The notes under the pieces were generated by a model. The model worked only from the letters and a program-made list of their open reading frames with translations, did no database searches and was not told the origin of the DNA. A stretch of 64,000 nucleotides of DNA from Minisyncoccia bacterium (GTDB taxonomy: Bacteria > Patescibacteriota > Minisyncoccia > UBA6257 > 2-01-FULL-56-20): assembly GCA_050015515.1 (NCBI GenBank), contig JBEKBG010000001.1, positions 6,028 through 70,027 on the forward strand. The letters are read 5' to 3'. A program made the position numbers and the translations under genes. Positions within the stretch are counted from its first letter, which is position 1. Every line of letters begins with the position of its first letter. This document shows, piece after piece, positions 30,427 through 39,286 of the stretch.

Positions 30427-31029
30427 ATGCAATATCAAGTTCCCCAATTCATCGAGACCGAAGACAAGGTTGTCGGACCGTTCTCGCTCCGACAATTCGC
30501 ATACGTGGGCGTCGCGGCGCTCATAAGCGGCGGCGCTTATTTTTTCCTGCAGACGTGGCTATTCCTTATCATCGCACTTGTGTTGGTGGGCGGATCGCTC
30601 GCGCTTTCGTTCGTAAAGATCAACGGCCGGTCGCTTATTAAAGTGGCCACCGCGGCCTTTTATTATTATTGGAAACCTCAGCTGTATGTGTGGAAACCGG
30701 ACCACCCCATGATCGCCCAGCAACCGCATGCGCCCGCGACAGCGAGGAAATTGCTTCCTGTTGCCGATAGTGCTCCCGAAGGCTTCCTCCATAAGATCTG
30801 GGGGAGCTCACAACACGCTCCCGCAGCCGTGAGGGCGTTGCCGCCCATCGCCGCGATCGCTTCCGGAGATTCCCTCCATAAGAGCTGGGGAAACCTGCAG
30901 ACCGGTACGCCGGAGACAAAAGAGATGTCCGACCGCCAGTTTTTGGAGAAAAAAATGATGGAGCGTTACCAGATATTCCGGCGGTTGAGCGGCGACCGTG
31001 CGGCGGCACGGCGCGTGGATTATCGTTAG
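30427..31029 (+). CDS. PrgI-family (VirB3-like) membrane protein
   Basis: MQYQVPQFIETEDKVVGPFSLRQF followed by two TMs. Confidence 0.85.
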   Translation: MQYQVPQFIETEDKVVGPFSLRQFAYVGVAALISGGAYFFLQTWLFLIIALVLVGGSLALSFVKINGRSLIKVATAAFYYYWKPQLYVWKPDHPMIAQQPHAPATARKLLPVADSAPEGFLHKIWGSSQHAPAAVRALPPIAAIASGDSLHKSWGNLQTGTPETKEMSDRQFLEKKMMERYQIFRRLSGDRAAARRVDYR

Positions 31030-31050
31030 AAATTGTGCGAAAATAGAATC

Positions 31051-31734
31051 ATGGCAATCCCACAAATGCAGGATGCGGGGAGTTCCCTGGACCTTGTCGA
31101 CATCAAGGAGATCAAACAGAACACGGTCGTCGTAAAGGACGGCAGCTTCCGGCAGGTCATCATGGTAGGGGGTGTCAACTTTTCATTGAAGTCCGAAACG
31201 GAGCAGAATATCATCACGCAAGCGTATCAGACGTTTCTGAACGGTATTGATTTCCCCCTACAGATCCTTATCCACTCCCGCAAGGTGAATATCGATAAGT
31301 ATATCGAGGCGCTGGCTGCCCGGAAGGAGATAGAACAATCTCCCATCCTGCAAAACCAGATCGACGAATACAGCAAGTTCGTGCAGGGATTTGTGGAAAA
31401 GAACGCAATTATGGAAAAGATCTTTTTGGTGGTCGTCTCGTTTTATCCCGTTTCGGTGCTCCCCAACGCAAAAAAAGTTTCTGTGGCGATCCCATTTTTT
31501 GGGAAAAAGAAAATAAGTCCGGCGGAAACAGCCCAGCGCACGGAGGAAGCGGAAAAGATGTTTGGCGAGAACCTTGCGCAGTTAAGCCAACGCACGACCC
31601 AGGTGACGGGGGGGCTTCTGAACATCGGCCTTGAGACGACGGTGCTCAACGATGAACAGCTCATTGAGCTCTTCTATAATTTTTACAATCCACAGACCAT
31701 CGAACATAAAAAAACGCCCGTGGCGCGCGAATGA
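31051..31734 (+). CDS. TraC/VirB4 N-terminal-like protein
   Basis: VNFSLKSE.EQ..I...YQ.FLN.IDFP.QILI.SRK; lies immediately upstream of the VirB4 ATPase. Confidence 0.75.
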   Translation: MAIPQMQDAGSSLDLVDIKEIKQNTVVVKDGSFRQVIMVGGVNFSLKSETEQNIITQAYQTFLNGIDFPLQILIHSRKVNIDKYIEALAARKEIEQSPILQNQIDEYSKFVQGFVEKNAIMEKIFLVVVSFYPVSVLPNAKKVSVAIPFFGKKKISPAETAQRTEEAEKMFGENLAQLSQRTTQVTGGLLNIGLETTVLNDEQLIELFYNFYNPQTIEHKKTPVARE

Positions 31735-31746
31735 TATCATTACCCC

Positions 31747-33483
31747 ATGCCAGACCAGCCACAAGAAAATAATTTCAGCGACGTAAAGAAGATCATCGCG
31801 CCGGCGGGCGCGCAGGTGTTCCCCAACTACCTGAAGATCGGCGACAAGCTCGCAAAGACGTTCTTTGTGTTCTCCTATCCGCGCTACCTTTCCACAGGCT
31901 GGTTCGAACCGCTCATCAACCTGCCGAACCTTTTTGACATCTCGATCTTCATCAACCCGATCGACACCGGGAGCGCGCTCAAGAATCTCCGTAAAAAAGC
32001 CGGACAGCTGGAGTCGCAAATGAACGATGAGCAGGACAAGGGCCTCGTGCGAAATCCGGTGCTGGAAACCGCGATCAACGATGTTGAGGGCCTGCGTGAT
32101 TCATTGCAACAGTCCGAGGAAAAGCTTTTCGACACCGGCGTATATATTACGGTCTACGCGGATACCATGGACGAGCTCGCACGGCTGGAAAGCAAGCTCG
32201 TCACGATGATGGAAGCAAAGCTGATCTACCTTAAGCCCGCGCTCTTTGAGCAGCTTGAGGGATTGTCTTCCATCCTGCCGATCAATAACGACAAGCTCCA
32301 GATCTACTCGCCGATGAACACCGGCCCGATCTCATCATTTTTTCCATTTGTCTCCGAAGATCTCTCCTCCAATGAGGGGATCATGTATGGCATCAACCTG
32401 CATAACAGCAACCTGGTGATCTTCGACCGTTTCTCGTTGGAAAACGCAAATGAAGTGGTGTTCGCCAAATCCGGCTCCGGCAAATCGTACACCACCAAGC
32501 TGGAGATCCTGCGCTCGCTCATGGCGGGTATTGACATGGTGATCGTGATCGACCCGGAAAACGAGTATGACCGCCTCGCAAAGACGTTCGGCGGGAGCAT
32601 GTTCAACATCTCTTTGTCTTCGCACGAGCACATCAATCCGTTCGACGTACCGCCGATCCCGGAGGGAGAAACACCGTCGGATGTTCTGCGATCGCATATC
32701 GTGAACATCGCAAGCCTGTTGAAGCTCATGCTCGGCAAGCTCTCGCCGGAGGAAGACGCGCTGCTCGATCGCGCGATCACGGAAACGTACGCCTCCCGCG
32801 AGATCGTCGCCGATACGGATTTTATCGGCAAAGAACCGCCGCTCTTGGGCGACCTGGAAACGGTACTGCGGAATCTGGAAGGCGGGCGCGGCCTTGCGGA
32901 AAAGCTCTATAAATACACCAAGGGAAGTTTTGCGGGCTTCTTGAACCAGCCAACCAATATCGATGTCAATAATCGCCTTATTGTGTTCTCCATCCGCGAC
33001 CTGGAAGAAGAGCTCCGCCCGCTCGGTATGTTCGTTGTGCTCAACTACATCTGGAACCTCATCCGCGCCAAGCTCGCCAAGCGATTATTGTTCATTGATG
33101 AGGCGTGGATCATGATGCAGAACGAAGACAGCGCGACGTTCTTGTTCGGCCTCGTCAAGCGCGCGCGCAAATATTATCTCGGCGTCACGACGATCACGCA
33201 GGATGTGGAAGACTTCTTGCGGTCGCCTTACGGGCGCCCGATCGTCACCAACTCTTCGCTGCAATTGCTGCTCAAGCAGGCGCCCGCCACGATCGATATT
33301 GTCGCCAAAGCGTTCGATCTCACCGAAGCGGAAAAGAACTTCTTGCTCGGCGCGGAGATCGGCACCGGCATCTTCTTCGCCGGCAAGCGCCACGTGGCCA
33401 TCCAGATCGTCCCGTCGTATTACGAAGATCAAATCATCACGACGAATCCCGAGCAAATCCTGGAGGAAAAAAGTGAGCTATAA
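31747..33483 (+). CDS. VirB4-like ATPase
   Basis: Walker A AKSGSGKS, IDPENEY, Walker B LLFIDEAW, RARKY and TQDV. Confidence 0.9.
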   Translation: MPDQPQENNFSDVKKIIAPAGAQVFPNYLKIGDKLAKTFFVFSYPRYLSTGWFEPLINLPNLFDISIFINPIDTGSALKNLRKKAGQLESQMNDEQDKGLVRNPVLETAINDVEGLRDSLQQSEEKLFDTGVYITVYADTMDELARLESKLVTMMEAKLIYLKPALFEQLEGLSSILPINNDKLQIYSPMNTGPISSFFPFVSEDLSSNEGIMYGINLHNSNLVIFDRFSLENANEVVFAKSGSGKSYTTKLEILRSLMAGIDMVIVIDPENEYDRLAKTFGGSMFNISLSSHEHINPFDVPPIPEGETPSDVLRSHIVNIASLLKLMLGKLSPEEDALLDRAITETYASREIVADTDFIGKEPPLLGDLETVLRNLEGGRGLAEKLYKYTKGSFAGFLNQPTNIDVNNRLIVFSIRDLEEELRPLGMFVVLNYIWNLIRAKLAKRLLFIDEAWIMMQNEDSATFLFGLVKRARKYYLGVTTITQDVEDFLRSPYGRPIVTNSSLQLLLKQAPATIDIVAKAFDLTEAEKNFLLGAEIGTGIFFAGKRHVAIQIVPSYYEDQIITTNPEQILEEKSEL

Positions 33484-33494
33484 TTTCTTCACAT

Positions 33495-34298
33495 ATGGAT
33501 GAAGGAGAAAAACCGTTCCCGATAGAATTCATCGTCATCCTTTTGATCGTCGCTGTGGCGAACGACGTCGCGGAAATTTTTTTCGACCTCCTTGACTTCA
33601 CCGGCGTAGGCGTCGCCGGAGAAGCGATCATGGAGCCGGCAAATTTTGTTTTGGACTTTTTCTTTACCGGAATTTTTTGGTGGAAGGTTGGCCCGGGAGG
33701 CGGCACTATAACGCAATACATCGGAGATATTCTCGAACCATTTCTTATTCCGGGGAGAACAATCTCGGTGGGGCTCGGTATGTGGATAGCGAACCATCCC
33801 AATTCCGCGATAGGGGAAGCGGCGAATACTGCGGTCTCGCTTGAAAGCGGCAACGTCGCGGGTGCGACAGGTGAAGTTGAGGGAATCGCGGGAACTGCGG
33901 AAAAAGAAGCGGCTGATGCCGAGAAGAAACTTCAAGGCGGGAGTGCGAGTGGTACCGGCGAAGGCGGTGAAGGCGGATTAGAAGCTGCTAAAGAAGGCCA
34001 AACTGCCGAATCGAAATCTCCTGAAGCCCAAAGCGGCGGAGAAAAAGAAAACGCCCCCGAAGAAGACGTATTTAAAAATCCCTACGAAAATCCCGTGGGA
34101 ACTGCCGGAGAAGAGCTTAACGAACCACCCGAGGAAGAATTCCACGAAGGGGAAGGATTTAAGCCAAAAGAAGAACCGCAGGAAAACGAGATCCAATCAC
34201 AGAAAGTCGTTGATATTGCGAGCCGCCGGCCGCCATCGCCAAAAAATGAGAACCGCGCAGGTGATGCCGACGCCGAAGACCTCGCAGAAGCGGCATAG
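33495..34298 (+). CDS. Membrane protein with acidic disordered tail
   Basis: Hydrophobic N-half and Glu-rich C-half. Confidence 0.75.
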   Translation: MDEGEKPFPIEFIVILLIVAVANDVAEIFFDLLDFTGVGVAGEAIMEPANFVLDFFFTGIFWWKVGPGGGTITQYIGDILEPFLIPGRTISVGLGMWIANHPNSAIGEAANTAVSLESGNVAGATGEVEGIAGTAEKEAADAEKKLQGGSASGTGEGGEGGLEAAKEGQTAESKSPEAQSGGEKENAPEEDVFKNPYENPVGTAGEELNEPPEEEFHEGEGFKPKEEPQENEIQSQKVVDIASRRPPSPKNENRAGDADAEDLAEAA

Positions 34299-34354
34299 CC
34301 TCGTCCATTGGGGGGGGCGCCGATTGGCGGAATTTGTTATACTTAAGGAAAGAT

Positions 34355-35083
34355 ATGTTCTCGCGAATTGTGCTTAAAAAGATGGCGCTTGTGGGTTTTA
34401 TCGCGATTGCCCTCGTAGCCGGTGGCACCTTTCTTTTAGTAACATCAATAGCTCACGCACAGACGGCATCATCGCCCACATTTCTTATCACGTGGAAAAC
34501 GACGGGGAGCTATATCCCATCGTTTTATATCGGTAAGGCCTTGTCAACCTATGGGTCGAAGATTACCGCGTCGCTCGAGTTGGTCTCGCCGCAGGGAAAG
34601 ATCCTTGATCTCAGCGGGCAGACGATCTATTGGTACGTGAATGACACCTTAGTGGGCGGTGGAGTGGGTGTTCAACAAGTAACATTCCCGCCTGTCGGTG
34701 ACGCACCGAATACCGCCAACCTACGCGTGACGCTCCCGAACTATAATGGCGCATATCTTATTCACGCGATCAATATCCCTATGGTTCTACCGGAGGCGGT
34801 GATCTACGCGCCATACCCTAATGGGCAGTTTACACAGAATCCGCTGACGGTGCAGGCTATCCCGTATTTCTTTAACATCGCCGATCCTTCCGGCCTTTCC
34901 TACGCGTGGTCGGTAGATGACCAAGCCGGCTCCAACGCCGAAAATCCGGAGACGGCGCAGGTCACGTTGCCGCAGGGCACGCAGTCGGGAACCGGCGTGA
35001 ACGCATCGCTCAGCGTTGAGAATCCCAACGACTCCACCGTCGCCACCGCGAGCGCCAACTTAACCTACGAAAGCCAGCTATGA
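34355..35083 (+). CDS. Secreted protein with two Ig-like domains
   Basis: Signal peptide ending AHA; repeated IYWYVN / YAWSVD strands. Confidence 0.75.
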   Translation: MFSRIVLKKMALVGFIAIALVAGGTFLLVTSIAHAQTASSPTFLITWKTTGSYIPSFYIGKALSTYGSKITASLELVSPQGKILDLSGQTIYWYVNDTLVGGGVGVQQVTFPPVGDAPNTANLRVTLPNYNGAYLIHAINIPMVLPEAVIYAPYPNGQFTQNPLTVQAIPYFFNIADPSGLSYAWSVDDQAGSNAENPETAQVTLPQGTQSGTGVNASLSVENPNDSTVATASANLTYESQL

Positions 35084-35805
35084 AGAAATTTTTTTATAGC
35101 TTAGCTGCGATTGTCTCAAATTTCTTCCTTTTGTCCGCCGCGCATGCGGTGACGATTAGTATGGCCATCCCGGGCGGCCCAAACGCTTATCCCACCAGCA
35201 CCGGTCCTGGCGGTTTTGTCGCCAACTTCTACCAGTTTGCACTGATGATCGGCGGGGTTCTTGCTTTCGGGGTTATTGTGTATGGAGGAGTGCGATATAT
35301 GGCATCCGCAGGCAATCCTTCGGGGCAAAGCGATGCGAAAGAATGGATAGAGGCGGCTCTGTTGGGATTATTACTACTTGTGGGCGCATATTTTATCCTT
35401 AATGTGGTGAATCCACAGCTGACGAATCTTGTGCCGCCAACGCTCACGCCGGTAAATATCCAAACGCCGGCCGCCGCCACAACACAAACGGAGATACAAA
35501 CCGCTATCGCTGCTTGTGTCGCTGCTTGTCAAGATGCAAGCTGTACCGCTGCATGTAATGCCCAGGGATCATCTTTGCAATCGGCGTTCAGCGGAGCATG
35601 TAGCGCGAACACTTGTCCATCAGGCCAGACGTGTCAAAATGACGGAAGTGGAGGGCATATGTGCCTTAATATCAACCCCTTATCAACAAACCCTCTGGGC
35701 TCTACACCTGCAGGAGATTACTCAAGCTGTGCGCAAGCCAACTGCGCATCGGGCAAAAACTGCGTAGTAGATCTCAGTAATAGCAAATACTACACCTGCA
35801 TGTAA
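35080..35805 (+). CDS. CPR-type pilin (VirB2/TrbC-like) with Cys-rich C-terminal domain
   Basis: AFGVIVYGGVRYMASAGNPS...AKEWI..ALLGLLLL...YFILNVVNPQL. Confidence 0.85.
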   Translation: MKKFFYSLAAIVSNFFLLSAAHAVTISMAIPGGPNAYPTSTGPGGFVANFYQFALMIGGVLAFGVIVYGGVRYMASAGNPSGQSDAKEWIEAALLGLLLLVGAYFILNVVNPQLTNLVPPTLTPVNIQTPAAATTQTEIQTAIAACVAACQDASCTAACNAQGSSLQSAFSGACSANTCPSGQTCQNDGSGGHMCLNINPLSTNPLGSTPAGDYSSCAQANCASGKNCVVDLSNSKYYTCM

Positions 35806-35828
35806 TACCCAGCGAAAAATCTATATCT

Positions 35829-37154
35829 ATGAAACGCTATCTCTATATTATAATCGGCATCATCGTCGCGGCGGCCATCGTAATATTGGTTCTTTTCCTG
35901 ATAAAAAATAATGCGGCGAGCACGACGATCACCACCTCGGGGACGACCGGCGGTTCGCTTCCGGCGGCGGGTACGCAAGGGAGTGGTGGATCGGGAGTAA
36001 CGAGCAGCGTTGCCACACTCGGCCTCTCGCCGATAGCAAGTGGCACCAGTGCGAACACAAACAACCAAACGGTTGTGCAAAACTTTGGCGTGCTTTCACA
36101 AAGCCCCGCTTTGGATTATTTCGTTGACGCTCAAAATAATATCACCGCCATCCAACCGACGGGCGCCATTATCACAATAAAAAACGGCCAGACGACGACA
36201 GTAAATTCCTCGACGATTGACGGCATCATCTCCGCAAGCTTTTCCTATGATGGCAAAAAGATCGTTGTGAATTATGGCGATCCGTCCGATCCGCGGGCGG
36301 GCGTTTATGATGTTGCGACGAACGCGTGGACGGCACTGCCGCAGGGAATTCTCTCGCCCCAATGGTCTCCGGCCAATAATTACCAGATCGCATACCTTGC
36401 GGTACCGAGCGCCGGAAAGCTTACGCTCGCTACCGTTAACGCCGCGAATTTAAAAACTACGCCGACGACCCTCCTTACGCTTAACGCGAACGATCTCGCG
36501 CTCCAATGGCCCACGGCGAGCGAATTTATCCTTTCCGATAAGCCGACTTCGCAGAACGCAGGGTCGGTGTGGGTTTATAATTCGTCGGCTGGAACACTGG
36601 AGCCCCTCATATATGAGGTTCCTGGCGCGGAGGGAATATGGAGTCATAATGCCGCCATTCCTTATGGCCTGACCTTCTTTAATAATCCGTCCGGCCAAGG
36701 GGGGAATACATTACAGCTACAGGTTTTTTCTGGAAATTTGCCGACTCAGCCGCTCGTTTTCTCAACCTTGCCTTCCAAGTGCGCTTTTAACACCGAACTC
36801 ATGCCGGTTGCGACATCTACCGCTGGCGCGGCGACGTCCACGACGGCTTCGTCCACCGCAAAGATATCGGCGAAAGTCGCCGCAACTTCCACGCCGTACC
36901 TCGCGCTCTATTGCGGCATTCCACGCAGCTCGAGCGGGTTCTCCTCCGCACACCTGCCGGACGCCTATAATACGATGGCGCTCTTTACCTCCGACGATAT
37001 TTATAAAATAAACACCGCGACGGGCGCGGAACAGGTGCTTTGGAGCGATGCCACACAGAACATGGACGTCTCTGATGTAAAGTTCTTCAATGATGCGTTG
37101 TTCTTTGTAAACCGCTATGATCAAAAACTGTACGGTCTTACTTTTAGTAATTAA
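35829..37154 (+). CDS. Membrane-anchored beta-propeller-like protein
   Basis: N-terminal TM and FSYDGKKI / WSPANN repeats. Confidence 0.75.
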   Translation: MKRYLYIIIGIIVAAAIVILVLFLIKNNAASTTITTSGTTGGSLPAAGTQGSGGSGVTSSVATLGLSPIASGTSANTNNQTVVQNFGVLSQSPALDYFVDAQNNITAIQPTGAIITIKNGQTTTVNSSTIDGIISASFSYDGKKIVVNYGDPSDPRAGVYDVATNAWTALPQGILSPQWSPANNYQIAYLAVPSAGKLTLATVNAANLKTTPTTLLTLNANDLALQWPTASEFILSDKPTSQNAGSVWVYNSSAGTLEPLIYEVPGAEGIWSHNAAIPYGLTFFNNPSGQGGNTLQLQVFSGNLPTQPLVFSTLPSKCAFNTELMPVATSTAGAATSTTASSTAKISAKVAATSTPYLALYCGIPRSSSGFSSAHLPDAYNTMALFTSDDIYKINTATGAEQVLWSDATQNMDVSDVKFFNDALFFVNRYDQKLYGLTFSN

Positions 37155-37171
37155 TCAACTACGCAATAGTT

Positions 37172-37264
37172 AACCGATAGCATAACAAAATACCCTCTTG
37201 TTTCGAACAATCCCGAAGGGTGAGCCCGTTCGAAACAAGAGGGTATTTTGTTATGCTATCGGTT
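37172..37264. repeat. Long palindrome, family A loop (reverse orientation)
   Basis: Perfect 37-bp arms 37172-37208/37228-37264; loop AATCCCGAAGGGTGAGCCC. Arms include the last 14 nt of the jag-like gene. Confidence 0.95.
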
Positions 37265-37685
37265 TAATGATGACATACCGCTCCTTTCCTTCTCCCGCGC
37301 TCTCGGTCTTTACATCCGGATGTACCGCGAGCTCCACGTGAACCAAGCGGCGCTCGTAGGAATTCATCGCGGGAAGCGAGATCTCCGTCTTCGTTGCTGT
37401 TGCTTTTTTTGCCGCCGCGCGGGCAAGCTCCGCAATCAGCCGTTCACGGTCATGCCGATAATTATTTATGTCGAGGAATATCGATTCGGTGCGATTTTTT
37501 TTCGCGACCATTTGGAGAACGTGATTCACCGCATCAACGATCGCGGGAAGATTCTCCCTCACCATCTCCTGATCCTCGTAAATAAAAACCGACCCCCGAT
37601 GTTCATCTATCTTTATCTCCAGGTGATAATCGCGGAACCCGATAAGATCTAATGTTTTTTTAATGAATGATTCCCAGTTGTCCAT
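37251..37685 (-). CDS. Jag/KhpB-like R3H-domain RNA-binding protein
   Basis: LDINNYR..RE, LPAMNSYERRLVH and TES.GEG.ER.V; located downstream of yidC. Confidence 0.9.
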   Translation of the reverse strand: MDNWESFIKKTLDLIGFRDYHLEIKIDEHRGSVFIYEDQEMVRENLPAIVDAVNHVLQMVAKKNRTESIFLDINNYRHDRERLIAELARAAAKKATATKTEISLPAMNSYERRLVHVELAVHPDVKTESAGEGKERYVIIKPIA

Positions 37686-37734
37686 GCGTTCCCGTCATCA
37701 TTCCATATTTCGCCACAAAAATCAAGCGATGCGC

Positions 37735-37804
37735 AGAAAGAACTTATCGCCATCTCGCTCCAACGTAAGAACGTCCACTCGCTCAATGGCGATAAGTTCT
37801 TTCT
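37735..37804. repeat. Palindrome with structured loop
   Basis: Perfect 19-bp arms 37735-37753/37786-37804; the 32-nt loop contains CTCGCTC twice. Confidence 0.85.
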
Positions 37805-37859
37805 ACCCCCTTGGTTTTTCCACCGAAAATTTTCTCTCTTAAATATTAAAGATGGTGGC

Positions 37860-37956
37860 GAAGTACGGCGCATAGCAAAATACCTGTTTGTTTGGAACAA
37901 TCCCGAAGGGTGAGCCCGTTCCAAGCAAGTAGGTATTTTGCTATGCGCCGTACTTC
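37860..37956. repeat. Long palindrome, family A loop (reverse orientation)
   Basis: 39-bp arms 37860-37898/37918-37956 (3 G:T mismatches); arms include the last 16 nt of yidC. Confidence 0.95.
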
Positions 37957-38657
37957 TTTATGAGATGCTTATTCACAAAATATTGCTGGACGACGGAGAA
38001 GAGCGACGTCATAAGCCAGTAGAGACCGAGTGCTGCGGGAAAATTATAGAACACAAGGATAGTGATGACCGGCCCCACAAACACCATCTGGCGCGCGATC
38101 TTTTCCGCTTGCGACAGCGCACCCGCCGTGTTTCCCGGCGCGCGATAGATGGCAAGCTTCGCTTGGAAATATTGCGCAAGGGCGGCGGCGAGGATAAGAA
38201 CGAAGTTCGGCTTCGCGAGATCAATGAAGCCAAGAAAGATGGTATTGATGCTATGTGGCGCGGTGATAAACGAATATAATCCTGTCAGCTGTGCGGTACC
38301 GACGCCGGATCGGATCACCCAATAGAATGTGAGGAGAATCGGGATCTGGATGATGAGCAGCAATATACCGGAGAATGGATTGACGCCATGCTCTTTATAC
38401 AACCCCATCAGCGCCTTCGCCTGCTGGTCGCGATCGTCTTTGTGTTTTGTTTGTATCTCTTTTATCTTCGGCTGGATGCGCTGCATGAGCATCTGCTGTT
38501 TCGCACCGGTATGAAAAAACGGATAGAGGATAATGCGGATAAAAAGTGTCACCAATATGATCGCGATGCCGAGGTCGTGGAACGCGATCGTCTGATAGAA
38601 AAAAACAAGAAGATTGAGGATTGGCCTATAAAGTATCTGCTGATAAAGATAGATCAT
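37941..38657 (-). CDS. yidC: Membrane protein insertase YidC
   Basis: GIAIILVTLFIRIILYP, QPKIKEIQ, LYKEHGVNPF and LGLYW. Confidence 0.95.
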   Translation of the reverse strand: MIYLYQQILYRPILNLLVFFYQTIAFHDLGIAIILVTLFIRIILYPFFHTGAKQQMLMQRIQPKIKEIQTKHKDDRDQQAKALMGLYKEHGVNPFSGILLLIIQIPILLTFYWVIRSGVGTAQLTGLYSFITAPHSINTIFLGFIDLAKPNFVLILAAALAQYFQAKLAIYRAPGNTAGALSQAEKIARQMVFVGPVITILVFYNFPAALGLYWLMTSLFSVVQQYFVNKHLIKKYGA

Positions 38658-38663
38658 GGATTT

Positions 38664-38969
38664 TTATTTTTGCTGCGCCGTGGCCAGTACTTTTGAGATC
38701 TCCTCTCTGAACTGTTTTTTAGTAAGGCGACGGATGTTCGGCGAAACCATCATAAGGATATCACTTCCGGCGCTCGCGCGCAGGGTGATCTCCGCACGCG
38801 CCTGCCGCTTCCAAAAATTTCTCCTTGCAGCGGCCTTACTGACCGAGACCCCGACCACCACCCCAACACGTGTGGTTTTATAGGAATTTTTCTTTATTTT
38901 TAATAAAAAAAATGGGGTGGATACCGTCTTGTACCCACGGGCGCGGAACTGATCCGAGGGAAGGCGCAT
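38664..38969 (-). CDS. rnpA: Ribonuclease P protein component
   Basis: RVGVVVG..VSK.AARRN..KRQ motif; canonical rpmH-rnpA-yidC order. Confidence 0.85.
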   Translation of the reverse strand: MRLPSDQFRARGYKTVSTPFFLLKIKKNSYKTTRVGVVVGVSVSKAAARRNFWKRQARAEITLRASAGSDILMMVSPNIRRLTKKQFREEISKVLATAQQK

Positions 38970-38980
38970 AATACCTTCTT

Positions 38981-39115
38981 TTAAACAGCCAATTTCCGCC
39001 GGCCTTTCGCGCGGCGGCGGGAAAGGACACGCCGACCGGTCGGCGTGGCTTGGCGCACCAAAAAACCGTGGGTGGTTTTGCGCTTCTTCTTTTTGGGACT
39101 ATAGCTAAATGACAT
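38981..39115 (-). CDS. rpmH: 50S ribosomal protein L34
   Basis: [44 protein letters not shown]. Confidence 0.95.
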   Translation of the reverse strand: MSFSYSPKKKKRKTTHGFLVRQATPTGRRVLSRRRAKGRRKLAV

Positions 39116-39286
39116 CCCCTCGATGATACCACACCATTTTAAAAAAGCAAAATAATACCGATGGAGCATATAAAAAGTTCTCCCCACGTAATCCCCAGGA
39201 AGATAACTTTTTAGATCTTTCCCACCCTTTGACTTGTTCCACGGAAGAGATAATAATGAATCCACAAACTTAATCAATTTTTAATC

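Noticed and set aside
24593-37154. Integrative conjugative element or prophage
   Set aside because: No integrase, relaxase, att repeats or phage structural genes; the locus is embedded among core genes.
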